Source: a virus | Strand: one strand, 5' to 3' | IMG/VR virus record: IMGVR_UViG_3300002307_000034 | Span: 40,951-104,950 of that record | DNA length: 64,000 bases | Shown: positions 31,012 to 40,932 of the stretch, one piece after another | Numbering within the stretch: the stretch's first letter is position 1 | Layout: the number at the start of each line of letters is the position of its first letter | The notes under the pieces: generated by a model | Told to the model about the DNA's origin: nothing | Databases searched by the model: none | What the model saw: only the letters and a program-made list of their open reading frames with translations | Translations under genes and position numbers: made by a program

Positions 31012-31709
31012 TAGTCAAATTTAGGTTTTTTCCAAATATTATCACGATACCATCCCCAAGATGAAAATCCACTTTTTTTATGATTTAAAAATGCTTCTTC
31101 TAAAACATTTTTATCGTAAACAGATTCCCAATTTTCTGTTTTAAATGGAATAATTTGAGCAATTGGAGTGCCTGCAGGAATTAATCCTTCAAAAGTTTTA
31201 CTAAAAAATACTGGAACATTTCCACTTGGAACGGAAAAATTACCATCAATAAAACCACTTAGTGTAATAAAAGGTAGATCAAATCTATTTAACGGATGTG
31301 TTACAAGTGCAGAATATCCTTTTGGAATATTAAAACAATGTTTTGTGTTCCATGCAAAATGAAGTTTTGAAAATCCTTCTGGCACTGGAAGTAAAATATT
31401 ATGGTTATCATCTCTTAATGCAAGAAAATTTACATCCGGATCTCTCCATGTAATTACAGGACCACCTTCGGTTTGCTCAACCATAATATCAACTGGAAGT
31501 GGCAACATGTATCCACTAGTTAGTGAACTTAAAAATGGAGCACAAGCTTTAAATGTAACTTCCGCTGGAAGCCTTTTAGGAAATTCCCCATTTTTAAATT
31601 TTGGCGTGTCCATATACCACCTTGGAATATTATTTTTTGCTGGAGATATGTTTGGAAAAACATTGTCCTCAGCTGCATGCCTAAAAATATTTTTTTTATT
31701 TTTTATCAT
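31011..31709 (-). CDS. DUF6065-like / dUTPase-fold-like protein, paralog 1
   Basis: PRWY, KAC.PF, GY, IPAGTPIAQIIPFK. Confidence 0.55.
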   Translation of the reverse strand: MIKNKKNIFRHAAEDNVFPNISPAKNNIPRWYMDTPKFKNGEFPKRLPAEVTFKACAPFLSSLTSGYMLPLPVDIMVEQTEGGPVITWRDPDVNFLALRDDNHNILLPVPEGFSKLHFAWNTKHCFNIPKGYSALVTHPLNRFDLPFITLSGFIDGNFSVPSGNVPVFFSKTFEGLIPAGTPIAQIIPFKTENWESVYDKNVLEEAFLNHKKSGFSSWGWYRDNIWKKPKFD

Positions 31710-32392
31710 TTATACTCTTTTCTATGCCAAAACAATTGTTTATATCTGTTATAAAATTTACTTGTTAATAATCTTTCTGTCTTTTCATAATCATATTTAT
31801 CATTAATAATTTGATGAGACCAAGATTCTCTTTTAATTGGAATTACTTGAGCCATTGGTGTACCTGCTGGGATAATCCCCTCAAAGTTTACATCATTTAA
31901 AACAAATGGAAAATTAACTGGAGAGTTATAAGTATCTGTGTCAACAATTGCTTCTAAAATAGTAAAATATTTATTATTACCATGTACTGGTGGAATTATT
32001 AATACAGAATATCCTGGAGGAGTTTTAATTCCCCATGGATTTATCCATTTAGGATATGGATGCTGATTCATATTTGGGTGATAGGGAGCTTGCTCTATAC
32101 CATGATGTTGAATATTTTCTATTTGACTAGTTAAATATAAAATTTCACCATTATCATTTTTTTTGATATATAAATCACAATATGTTGAAATTATATATCC
32201 TGCTGTTAAAACATCAAATACTGGTTGACATTTTTTTATAGTACTATTTACTGTACCTTGATATCCTATATCCCTTTTTCCACCCACATAAGATTGAGTT
32301 TTTTTATACCATTCTGGAATATTTTCTGAAGCTGGAATAGGGCGATAAATACCATCAACACTATTTGTGTTGATAAATTTTATATTATTCAT
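31706..32392 (-). CDS. DUF6065-like / dUTPase-fold-like protein, paralog 2
   Basis: PEWY, KKC.PV, GY, IPAGTPMAQVIPIK. Confidence 0.55.
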   Translation of the reverse strand: MNNIKFINTNSVDGIYRPIPASENIPEWYKKTQSYVGGKRDIGYQGTVNSTIKKCQPVFDVLTAGYIISTYCDLYIKKNDNGEILYLTSQIENIQHHGIEQAPYHPNMNQHPYPKWINPWGIKTPPGYSVLIIPPVHGNNKYFTILEAIVDTDTYNSPVNFPFVLNDVNFEGIIPAGTPMAQVIPIKRESWSHQIINDKYDYEKTERLLTSKFYNRYKQLFWHRKEYK

Positions 32393-32399
32393 TTTTACC

Positions 32400-32924
32400 T
32401 TAGTCTATTGGTGGGGGTGCAGAAATTATTTGAGATTGCTGTGCTTGTTTTTCTGCTTCAGCATCTGCTTCTTTTTGTTTTGCTATAATTTCATCTATAT
32501 TAACTTTATCTTCTTCAAGTTGTTTTAAAGATGTTTCTGATACAGCTGGCATAGAATTACTTGTAGTTACAGGAACTGAATCTACGTAAACTATTGGATG
32601 TGAATTATCTTGAGGTGCGATAAAATTATTTCCATCCCAACGCCATAAAATTTTTACATTATTGTCATTTATAACTGGGCCTTTAACTTCTGAAGAAAAT
32701 ATTGTACTTTTTATTGCAATAACAGTATTATTATTATCTTCATCTAAAACAGCCCATTTAATTTCTGGAGCTTCAATAAAAGAACCATTTTCATATTTTT
32801 TATTTAAATAAGAATCAAGGTCTCCAGTAACTTCTATTACAGTATCAGATGAATCGTCAACATCTCCTTCTGTTTTATGATGAGCAAATACAATTCCGTC
32901 TTTTAAATGTACATATTCTTTCAT
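32400..32924 (-). CDS. Putative fibre assembly/accessory protein
   Basis: Follows fibre gene; KKYENGSF and WRWDGNNF repeats. Confidence 0.45.
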   Translation of the reverse strand: MKEYVHLKDGIVFAHHKTEGDVDDSSDTVIEVTGDLDSYLNKKYENGSFIEAPEIKWAVLDEDNNNTVIAIKSTIFSSEVKGPVINDNNVKILWRWDGNNFIAPQDNSHPIVYVDSVPVTTSNSMPAVSETSLKQLEEDKVNIDEIIAKQKEADAEAEKQAQQSQIISAPPPID

Positions 32925-32936
32925 ATTTATCTCCTA

Positions 32937-33479
32937 TTAATAATATTCTATAACCTGATAGGTGCAAGGACCTGTTACTGTTAGTGTTGTTGAATTTGTT
33001 AATACTGCACCATATGCTGCAGCAGTTAAAGCAGTTGTTCCTCCAGTTAAACTTGTTGCATTTAATCCTACGTTTGCACCATTTGTATTCATAGCATTCA
33101 TATAAATATTAGAGCTAACATTTGCCTGAATATATCCTGAACTTGTTTGATAATAAATTTGATATCTTGCATTATAGTTACCAGTTGTGTAATAATATCC
33201 ATATCCTTGGTTCGCTAAAAGTTGTCCAGCAACAAGTGGGTTATTTGATATAACGTTTGTTCCTGAAGAAGCTGAAAAAGAAATTCCTGAAGTAGATCCA
33301 TTTGCAGCATTCATAGTTCCTGTTGCTGCTACTGTTCCCGCCGAACCTGTTGAAACTGAGTGAACAACAGTTTTTGCAGTATTAACTGCTGAAATTGTAA
33401 TTGTACCTGCTCCAGATGCTGATCCTGTTTGCAAAGATTTAATTACTGATGCTGTATTTGGATATATTGCGACGCCCAT
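32937..33479 (-). CDS. Short fibre/tip protein
   Basis: IKSLQTG...TISAVNTAK start and YQVIEYY end. Confidence 0.55.
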   Translation of the reverse strand: MGVAIYPNTASVIKSLQTGSASGAGTITISAVNTAKTVVHSVSTGSAGTVAATGTMNAANGSTSGISFSASSGTNVISNNPLVAGQLLANQGYGYYYTTGNYNARYQIYYQTSSGYIQANVSSNIYMNAMNTNGANVGLNATSLTGGTTALTAAAYGAVLTNSTTLTVTGPCTYQVIEYY

Positions 33480-33480
33480 A

Positions 33481-33798
33481 TTATACTATTTCAACCCCCG
33501 AAATGTGAAAGTTTACAGATGTTGCAGATGCTCCACCTGTAATGGTTTTAGGTGTTGCATTTGCTGGAAGTACTTGCTTTAAATCAAATAAAGCTTGTCC
33601 ATTAGCAGCAATTGTTGCTGTAGTAGCAAAAGCTACACCATCAAAAGCTAGAGTGAACGTCTGTGCTGAACCTGAAGTATTTGTCACAACAATATTTGTT
33701 ATAATTGATTGAGTTCCTGTTGTTGGAACGGTGTAAAGTGTTGTAGTAGTAGTTGTAGAAGCTGCACCTCTATACATTTGTACTGCTGTTGTTGCCAT
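33481..33798 (-). CDS. Small structural (fibre-associated) protein
   Basis: TLYTVP...NIVVTN...ISGVEI pattern. Confidence 0.55.
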   Translation of the reverse strand: MATTAVQMYRGAASTTTTTTLYTVPTTGTQSIITNIVVTNTSGSAQTFTLAFDGVAFATTATIAANGQALFDLKQVLPANATPKTITGGASATSVNFHISGVEIV

Positions 33799-33826
33799 TA
33801 TTTATTTCCCCCAAATTTATTTAACA

Positions 33827-33934
33827 TTATAAGTAGGCTCCCATAATAACCAGTAGTTCTACATCTTTACCTTGAATAAGTATTTGACCATTAGTCTGAA
33901 TACCGTTCTTAACTTTAAAATCTAGATCTGCCAT
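33827..33934 (-). CDS. 35-aa mini-protein MADLDFKVKNG...IMGAYL
   Basis: Hand-translated; G-rich SD-like sequence and extended -10 upstream; not in ORF track. Confidence 0.65.
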   Translation of the reverse strand: MADLDFKVKNGIQTNGQILIQGKDVELLVIMGAYL

Positions 33935-34000
33935 TTAGGTTCCCTTTCCCCCTTATGTGATATAGGTTTATTGTATCATAAACCCATTACTACGCAAATA

Positions 34001-37000
34001 TTAATATGCCTGCATAATATGCATAATTTTTGTTTCATTTGCAAGCTTTGCAAATGTTATTGAACCATCTGCTACTGAAGATGAAGGGGTTGCCCATTGA
34101 ACTCCCGTCCCAGTTGATTGCAAGAATTGACCTGAAGTTCCTGCAGAACCACCTGCAGTTACAGTTCCTGTCATTGTTTGGTTATTTAATGTTAGTCCCG
34201 CAATTGTAGTTACAGTTGCACCTGATGAAATTGAAGTTGATCCAAGTGTTGGTGCTGTGTATCCTGAAGGAGGATTTACCCATTGAACACCTGTTCCAGT
34301 TGATGAAAGTAGTTGTCCTGAAGTTCCTGCAGAGCTATTTGCAGTTAATGTACCACTTAATGTTGCTCCAGATAATGTGAGTCCTGCAATTGTAGTTACA
34401 GTTGCTCCAGATGCAATTGATGTTGAACCAATAGTTGGAGCAGAATATCCTGATACTGAAGCCCATGAAAGGGTTCCCGCTCCATCAGTTGTAAGGTATT
34501 TACCAGAATTAGATGTTTGAGATGGAAGTAAGTTAGCAGCAGCTGTTGAAGCTGTTGTAGCACCTGTACCACCATTTGCAATTGCAATTGCTGTACCATT
34601 CCAAACACCTGTTGCAATTGTTCCAACTGATGTAAGTGATGAACCTACTACTGAAGAGTTAAGTGTTGTACCTGTTAATGTTTCCGCTGCTGCGGTAATA
34701 GTTTTTGTATCTCCAAGTGATATTGAAGTTCCATTAATTGTAATACTTGAATTTGCAAGGCTTGTATTACCAATATTAGATAAAGTATTTGTAGAACCTG
34801 AAATTGATTTATTTGTCAATGTATCTGTAGTTGCTCTGCCTACTAATGTATCTGTAGATGTAGGAAGTGTTAATGTTCCTGTATTAGTAATTTGAGCAAT
34901 TACTGGTGTTGTTAATGTCAATCCCGCCAAAGTTGAGGCAGTCCCTCCAAGTGATACAGAAGTTGAGCCAATTGTTACTGAGTTGTTTGCTAGCTGAGAA
35001 TTTGAAACTCCAGCAGATTTAATTGCTACGTTGCCAGATGTTACTGTAAATGATGCTGAGTCAAAAGATGCAATACCTTTATTAGAAGTACTTGCAACAT
35101 TTTGAGCACCTGTCTGATAACCAGTAACACGACCATATGAATCTACAGTAATTCCAGATACGATGCCGTTTGCAAGATTCCCGCCCGTTGTATTTGACTG
35201 AGAAACTGTAGCAAGATCAACGCTATCTGCAGTAACATTAAGTGTTGATGAAACAACATCTACTGTGTTGCCGGTTCTAAGAAGACCGTTACCTGCTACG
35301 AATGATGAAGCACCTGAGAACTGAGTCCATGTAATATTATCTGTGCCAATAAGTACTAGGCCATCTGTTCCTGAACCTGTCATTGTAGCAACAAATGATT
35401 GATTTAAATTATTTGGACCATAAAGTACATATACTGCATCTCCTGCAGAAACTTCATCAATTGTGTGGTTGTCTGAATCTGTTGCACGAGTAAGAACCCA
35501 TTTTGTTGAAGAAGACCCCTTGTCTGTTACAACATAAATACCATTTTGCTTTGCATCTGCTTGATTTTTAATAAGTACACGGTTGCCATTATTTACATTT
35601 ATAGTATCAATTGCAAGTGCTGCATTTGCTGTAGCAGTTAATGTTGCTCCAATTCCTAAACCGCCATTAGCATCAGTTGTTCCGTCTGCATATGTAGATG
35701 AAGGTAAAACTCCAGATGTTGCAGCCACGACTGCTGCATGCCAGTTCATTCCTGCAGAAATATTATCTACATAAGCTTTTGAAGCGGCATGCCCTGCAGA
35801 TGTAGGAGTTGTATTTACTGTAATTAAATTAGCTGTAAAATTACCTGATGCATCACGAGCAACAATTGTTGAAGCTGTATTTGCATCTGTAGCGGTGGTT
35901 GCAGAATTTGCAACTTTGCCACTAGTTGTAATAGTTGCAAGTTTTGTATCTGCTATTCCAGCTGAAGGTGATATATCTGCATTTACAATTGTTCCGTCTA
36001 CTATGTCTGCGGAAGTAATAGAAGAAGAAAGATTTAATTTGCTATATGCTATTTCTGCTGAATCATTAATATCAGCATTTACAATTGTGTTATCTAGAAT
36101 CATAGTAGAAGTAACAGAACCTGTATCTGTTGTTTTTACTACATTAGCGGTTGCATTAGATATTGCAGTGTTTCTGTTAGAAACTTCTGTTGCTATAACT
36201 GAATCAGCATATCCTTCAGATGTTGATATTGCTTGAGACTTAGCGGTTGCTATTGCAGAATTACGGTTAGTAACTTCTGTGCTAATTGCTGAATCTGTGT
36301 AAGATTCTGAAGCGGTAATTGCTTCTGATTTTTTAGTATCAGCATATGATTTTGTAGCAAGTGCTGCGGTATCTGAAATACCATGAACATTTGTTGTTGC
36401 TGATGTATGTGATGATAGAGTAGAGCTTGATGCTTTTGCATCTAATTGTGTTTGAATAGAAGATGTTACTCCATCAAGATATCCAATTTCTGTATTAGAT
36501 ACATTTGTAACTCTTGTTTGAACAACATCTGTATTTATAGAAAAAGATGAGCCAGATAGGTTTAAACCATTTCCAGCAATATATGTACCGCTACCCGCTG
36601 ATTGTTGAAAATTAATATTATCTGTACCAATTACAATTCCATATGCAGGAAATTCTGATGATCCCAAAGAATCCATAAACCAAGTTGTTTTTGAAAGAGT
36701 ATTTCCTTCTCCAACATAAATTGTGCGACCACCGATTAATTGTCCTTGAAAAGAATTATCATAATCTGAAGTGCGTGTTGCAACCCATGGGTTATTTAAA
36801 TCTCCAGATGTTGTAATGTAATATATGCCATTTTGCTTTGCATCTGCTTGATCTTTGATTAAAATTCTATCTAATAAATCAACTTCTACGCCATCAACAG
36901 TTAACGTACCATTTGAACTGCCTGTTAAAGTTCCGCCAATACCTTTGCCATATTCGCCTGAATCACCATCATTATTTATTGCATCAATTGGTTCTGTAGT

Positions 37001-37597
37001 AGCAAAATTAACAAATACTGAATGATAAACATTTTCAATAATTTGATCTACATAGCCTTTATTTGTTGCATCTGTATCTATATCTGGATCAGATAAATTT
37101 AATATTTTTTTGCTATTTGCATCTAAATTTTCGCTTAAGCTTGTTGATGATCCTAGTGTTTTATTAGTTAGTGTCTGAGTTCCATTTGTAGAAACAACAT
37201 TACCAGCACCATTTGTGCCAATATTAAGATTTTCTATTGATGTGTCTGTGTAACCTTCTGCAGTTGTAATTGCATTGCTAATATCTGTATTAGTAGAAGA
37301 TTGAAATCCTGAAAGATCTGCAGCATCTGCTGCTGTATAGCCAAGTGCTGTATTTACATCTGTATCCGTAAGGGTAACTTCACCTTGACGGGAATTAAAA
37401 GATGTAACAGCTACGGAAGATATCCCTGAAGGAAGTACTGAAGCATAATCTAATGTACGCCAAATATTAGTACCATTACCAATTTTAAATTTGCCTGTAT
37501 CGGTTTCAAATCCTATTTCGCCAGAAGATAGCTGGGGGTTTACATCGTACCAATTACTGGCTGTGTCTCTTCTTATTTGAATTCTTGTACTTGACAT
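34001..37597 (-). CDS. Long fibre protein with Mtd_N-like N-terminus
   Basis: RIQIRRDTASNW..NP.LSSGEIGFETDTGKFKIGNG; internal fibre repeats. Confidence 0.8.
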   Translation of the reverse strand: MSSTRIQIRRDTASNWYDVNPQLSSGEIGFETDTGKFKIGNGTNIWRTLDYASVLPSGISSVAVTSFNSRQGEVTLTDTDVNTALGYTAADAADLSGFQSSTNTDISNAITTAEGYTDTSIENLNIGTNGAGNVVSTNGTQTLTNKTLGSSTSLSENLDANSKKILNLSDPDIDTDATNKGYVDQIIENVYHSVFVNFATTEPIDAINNDGDSGEYGKGIGGTLTGSSNGTLTVDGVEVDLLDRILIKDQADAKQNGIYYITTSGDLNNPWVATRTSDYDNSFQGQLIGGRTIYVGEGNTLSKTTWFMDSLGSSEFPAYGIVIGTDNINFQQSAGSGTYIAGNGLNLSGSSFSINTDVVQTRVTNVSNTEIGYLDGVTSSIQTQLDAKASSSTLSSHTSATTNVHGISDTAALATKSYADTKKSEAITASESYTDSAISTEVTNRNSAIATAKSQAISTSEGYADSVIATEVSNRNTAISNATANVVKTTDTGSVTSTMILDNTIVNADINDSAEIAYSKLNLSSSITSADIVDGTIVNADISPSAGIADTKLATITTSGKVANSATTATDANTASTIVARDASGNFTANLITVNTTPTSAGHAASKAYVDNISAGMNWHAAVVAATSGVLPSSTYADGTTDANGGLGIGATLTATANAALAIDTINVNNGNRVLIKNQADAKQNGIYVVTDKGSSSTKWVLTRATDSDNHTIDEVSAGDAVYVLYGPNNLNQSFVATMTGSGTDGLVLIGTDNITWTQFSGASSFVAGNGLLRTGNTVDVVSSTLNVTADSVDLATVSQSNTTGGNLANGIVSGITVDSYGRVTGYQTGAQNVASTSNKGIASFDSASFTVTSGNVAIKSAGVSNSQLANNSVTIGSTSVSLGGTASTLAGLTLTTPVIAQITNTGTLTLPTSTDTLVGRATTDTLTNKSISGSTNTLSNIGNTSLANSSITINGTSISLGDTKTITAAAETLTGTTLNSSVVGSSLTSVGTIATGVWNGTAIAIANGGTGATTASTAAANLLPSQTSNSGKYLTTDGAGTLSWASVSGYSAPTIGSTSIASGATVTTIAGLTLSGATLSGTLTANSSAGTSGQLLSSTGTGVQWVNPPSGYTAPTLGSTSISSGATVTTIAGLTLNNQTMTGTVTAGGSAGTSGQFLQSTGTGVQWATPSSSVADGSITFAKLANETKIMHIMQAY
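34090..34455. repeat. Imperfect 186-bp (62-aa) tandem duplication at fibre C-terminus
   Basis: CAATTGTAGTTACAGTTGC at 34201 and 34387; CTGAAGTTCCTGCAGA at 34132 and 34318. Confidence 0.8.
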
Positions 37598-37641
37598 TAA
37601 TCCTCCGTTAAAATTATATCATTTTTATAAATAAAAAACTA

Positions 37642-37860
37642 TTATGCTGCGCCACCATCAAGTCCAAAAAGATAAGAATCGCTTGCTTTTCCGCCATCAA
37701 TATTTATAACATTATTATTAGTTCCCCATTTTTGCCAACCAGTACCGTCATGATATCTATAAGCTTTATCATTATCATTGTAATAAAAATCACCTTTTGT
37801 GCCAGATGGGTCCGATGCTAGTACTGGTGGTTTTAATGGGACTTTAAATACTTTTGACAT
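37642..37860 (-). CDS. Small fibre-associated protein
   Basis: GDFYYN...YHDGTGW and IDGG motifs. Confidence 0.55.
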   Translation of the reverse strand: MSKVFKVPLKPPVLASDPSGTKGDFYYNDNDKAYRYHDGTGWQKWGTNNNVINIDGGKASDSYLFGLDGGAA

Positions 37861-37879
37861 TTTACTCCATTTATTTAGT

Positions 37880-37908
37880 TAAGGAAGGACGTTTAACGTC
37901 CTTCCTTA
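37880..37908. terminator. Inverted repeat, probable terminator
   Basis: TAAGGAAGGACGTT-T-AACGTCCTTCCTTA. Confidence 0.7.
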
Positions 37909-37926
37909 GACAATTTTTATTTTTAT

Positions 37927-39852
37927 TTAGCCTATTACAACTACGTTGTAAGTTTCTCCAGTTACTGGAGCGGATGCAAATGATACTGTAATTATGTTTG
38001 TTGATGTACGCTTTACATCAATTTCAATATCATTGTATTGATCTACTCCTGCAGATGTTTGATATACACGAACCATTACATCTCTTGATCCAAGAGCATG
38101 TGTGAATGAAAATGTATCATCTACGCTGTTTCCAGTAATGGAACTTGAATATTTGCGAGTAACTGTTGTGTAATCTGCATTTTTTGCAAAATCATCAGAT
38201 ACAAGTTGAGATTCAAGTGTTGATAAACTAAGGTCAAGCGTTGCGCCTGAAGGATTTGTAATATATGTTGATCCTGATACTACATCAGAAGCTTTAAAAC
38301 TAATTGAAGCATTTGAAATAGTAATTCCAGTTCCCGCTGTATATTCGCCAGCAGCTGAGAATTGTGTCCAAGTGTAACCTGTACCTGTAGCAATATATCC
38401 AGTCTTGCCTTGAGTTCCATATTCAATAAATACAAAGTCACCAACTGCTGGAGTTGTATGATCTGTTGCACGAGAAAGTGAACCGTCGTTTGCGGTTACA
38501 TAAATGCCATTTTCAGATGAGGTAGTTTGATTCTTAACAAGAATACGATCCCCAGAATTCCAAGCATTGAACCCATCAAGACTGTCAGTGTCAGCATTCC
38601 ATGTTCCAAGGTTAATATTTATGGTTGAAGCAGCAGTTACTGACTCTTTAACATTAAGACCTTGTGCAATACTATGAATATCAGAAATTGTTGCAATTTC
38701 ATTGCCTGTTGCTGCAGAGCCAAGATATGCTGTACCATCTGCATTAAGAACAATGTCTCCACCATTTTGTGATGTAATTGTTACATCATCATGTGCCAAA
38801 ATGCGAAGGCTAGCAGTATGTGCAGTAATTTCAAAATCATTATTTGTAGGATTGATAACAATTTCGCCTTCATTTGCAACAGTTATTTCATCTGTAAAGT
38901 ATAATGGACCTTGAATTGTTTTGTTTGAAAGTGTTTGTATATCTGAAGTTCCTACTACATAACCAGTTACACCATGTACACCAGATGATAATCCTGCGTG
39001 TGTTGAAAGATCTGTAGCAACATAGCCCGCTTCTGTTGCTGCTGTGCCAGCTGCGTCATACCAAGTGTCTACTGTAGTTCTATCTACAGTTATTGCACCA
39101 GTAGACGAATCATAAGAAATTCCTGAAGAACCACTTATTGCATTACGTGCACGAGAATCTGTAAAATAAACATTAACTGGTGATACACCTTCTGAAATAT
39201 CATCAGTATAAAGTGTTAAACTTGACCCTAGGCTTACATCACTACCATTAATAGTTACTTTTGAATTTGTAAGTGAAGTATTATCAATATTTGAAATAGT
39301 ATTATCTGATCCAGATATTGTTTTATTAGTAAGAGTTTGTGTTCCAGTTTCTGTAACATAACCTGTAAGATCACCTGTTATATCACCAAATGTTGCAAGT
39401 CTATTGTCTGAAGTTACTGAACCCTTATAAACATCTCCATCTGCTGAAAGAATAATATCTCCGCTGGATGTTGTAAGAGTTATATTATTGTTAGCACTTA
39501 ATGCTATTCCAGTAGTGGAACCAAGTTCTGTATTACCGTTACCATCAACATCAAGTCCATGATCTGTTGACCCGCCAACATACAATGCACCACCTAGTGT
39601 TACATTTTCTGCGAGTGTTAATTGTTGATCTGTTACTACAAAATTACCATCAACTGATCCAATATATTGAACACCTACTGGAGACCAGTGCGTTGTTCCT
39701 GTTCCTGTTGAATAGTAGAATGTACTATCTCCTGTGTTAAAGTATAGTTGTCCTGCTGCAAGGGCTGATGGGGCCGAGGGAGCAGAATGGATAACTGCAT
39801 TAAGTAGCTGATTACCCTTTAAATTAATATTTGTTAAAAATGTTTTTGCCAT
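37927..39852 (-). CDS. Fibre/decoration protein
   Basis: GQLYFNT, TQTLTNKT repeats, RILVKNQT..ENGIY, C-terminal THALG module. Confidence 0.7.
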   Translation of the reverse strand: MAKTFLTNINLKGNQLLNAVIHSAPSAPSALAAGQLYFNTGDSTFYYSTGTGTTHWSPVGVQYIGSVDGNFVVTDQQLTLAENVTLGGALYVGGSTDHGLDVDGNGNTELGSTTGIALSANNNITLTTSSGDIILSADGDVYKGSVTSDNRLATFGDITGDLTGYVTETGTQTLTNKTISGSDNTISNIDNTSLTNSKVTINGSDVSLGSSLTLYTDDISEGVSPVNVYFTDSRARNAISGSSGISYDSSTGAITVDRTTVDTWYDAAGTAATEAGYVATDLSTHAGLSSGVHGVTGYVVGTSDIQTLSNKTIQGPLYFTDEITVANEGEIVINPTNNDFEITAHTASLRILAHDDVTITSQNGGDIVLNADGTAYLGSAATGNEIATISDIHSIAQGLNVKESVTAASTININLGTWNADTDSLDGFNAWNSGDRILVKNQTTSSENGIYVTANDGSLSRATDHTTPAVGDFVFIEYGTQGKTGYIATGTGYTWTQFSAAGEYTAGTGITISNASISFKASDVVSGSTYITNPSGATLDLSLSTLESQLVSDDFAKNADYTTVTRKYSSSITGNSVDDTFSFTHALGSRDVMVRVYQTSAGVDQYNDIEIDVKRTSTNIITVSFASAPVTGETYNVVVIG

Positions 39853-39882
39853 TTTTTATTCCCCTTATTTTTTTTATTTATC

Positions 39883-40482
39883 TTACGACAGATAAGCATA
39901 TCCTGAAACATTTGTTGATACTCCCGCTTGAATAAAGCGTAATGTCAACTGATTTTCATTAACATACTCTATATCACATTCTATATTATTATCGCTATAA
40001 TCCATAACCGAAACGGCGGGATTAAAGCCTAGATTGTGTATAATACTCCATGAAGAAGCTGCTGTTTGTTTTTCATACGTAAAAGAAAAAACAGATACTG
40101 GAACAAGTTCCACTGCTGATCCCCATACATTATTTTGCTTTGCATATAATATTCTATGAGATGTATCTAAGTAAGAATCTCCATTGTTACCTAAACTTTG
40201 AGTAGGAACTCCTGCTCCAGCGTAAAATGAACTTCCTGCAAATACAGAATATAAATTTGGATCCCATCCTGCTGGATCTTTTGGACCATAAAGTCTTTTA
40301 TTTTCTGTATCTATATAAAGATCGCCAGCTTTTCCAATATTATTAGATGGTGCACCAATTCCAGTTAAGACTGATGTTCCAGGATCACCTTTAGGACCTG
40401 CTATTCCAGGTGCTCTAACGACAACCTTATCTTTAGAAATTATTTGAACTACTTTGTCTAATCTTGGAGATATTGTTGTCAT
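39883..40482 (-). CDS. Structural protein with short collagen-like segment
   Basis: PGIAGPKGDPG; GDLYID repeats; HNLGFNP; start re-placed at MTTISP. Confidence 0.6.
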   Translation of the reverse strand: MTTISPRLDKVVQIISKDKVVVRAPGIAGPKGDPGTSVLTGIGAPSNNIGKAGDLYIDTENKRLYGPKDPAGWDPNLYSVFAGSSFYAGAGVPTQSLGNNGDSYLDTSHRILYAKQNNVWGSAVELVPVSVFSFTYEKQTAASSWSIIHNLGFNPAVSVMDYSDNNIECDIEYVNENQLTLRFIQAGVSTNVSGYAYLS

Positions 40483-40817
40483 GCGTCTATAACACCTGCT
40501 CCAACTATAAACCAACCTTCAAGTATAGTATCATCTGTATCAACAACTTTAACTTGAAAAGCAGCTTTTGGATAATTAAACTTTGCTGTTTTTGCACTGT
40601 TAAATGTTAATATAAATCTATTGTAATTTCCATCATTAATCATCTCAACACCATCACCATTTGTAGATGTTGCACATAAAAGTCTACCGCCTGGAGTATC
40701 TTTAACTTCAGCTAGGATTGTATAGTTTGATATATTTATTGGATTGTTATCTGCATCTGTATAAGCAATATCAAGTGACCATGTATCACCTTGAATAACT
40801 TTAAAGTTGTTTGCCAC
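40479..40817 (-). CDS. BppU-N-like structural protein
   Basis: IQGDTW...PINISNY pattern; GTG start with GAGGTG SD. Confidence 0.5.
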   Translation of the reverse strand: MANNFKVIQGDTWSLDIAYTDADNNPINISNYTILAEVKDTPGGRLLCATSTNGDGVEMINDGNYNRFILTFNSAKTAKFNYPKAAFQVKVVDTDDTILEGWFIVGAGVIDA

Positions 40818-40932
40818 AAATATCACCTCAGATTTATGTTTAAATTATAACATCTAATTGTGTCAAAACATAAGAAACCCCCTGCAACGTATTCGCCGTA
40901 TAAACAGGGGGTACTTATGTATATTATATCAC

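Noticed and set aside
31603-31610. GGCGTGTC inside a CDS
   Set aside because: Isolated, lacks the final G and promoter context; likely chance
34001-37597. Diversity-generating retroelement suggested by the Mtd_N-like domain and C-terminal duplication
   Set aside because: No reverse transcriptase in the window; the duplicate is in-frame and tandem, with differences not restricted to adenines
943-38914. Plus-strand and nested ORFs over structural genes (for example 20557..21015, 35895..36236, 14869..15180)
   Set aside because: Antisense or alternate-frame shadows of well-supported minus-strand genes; no SD or motifs
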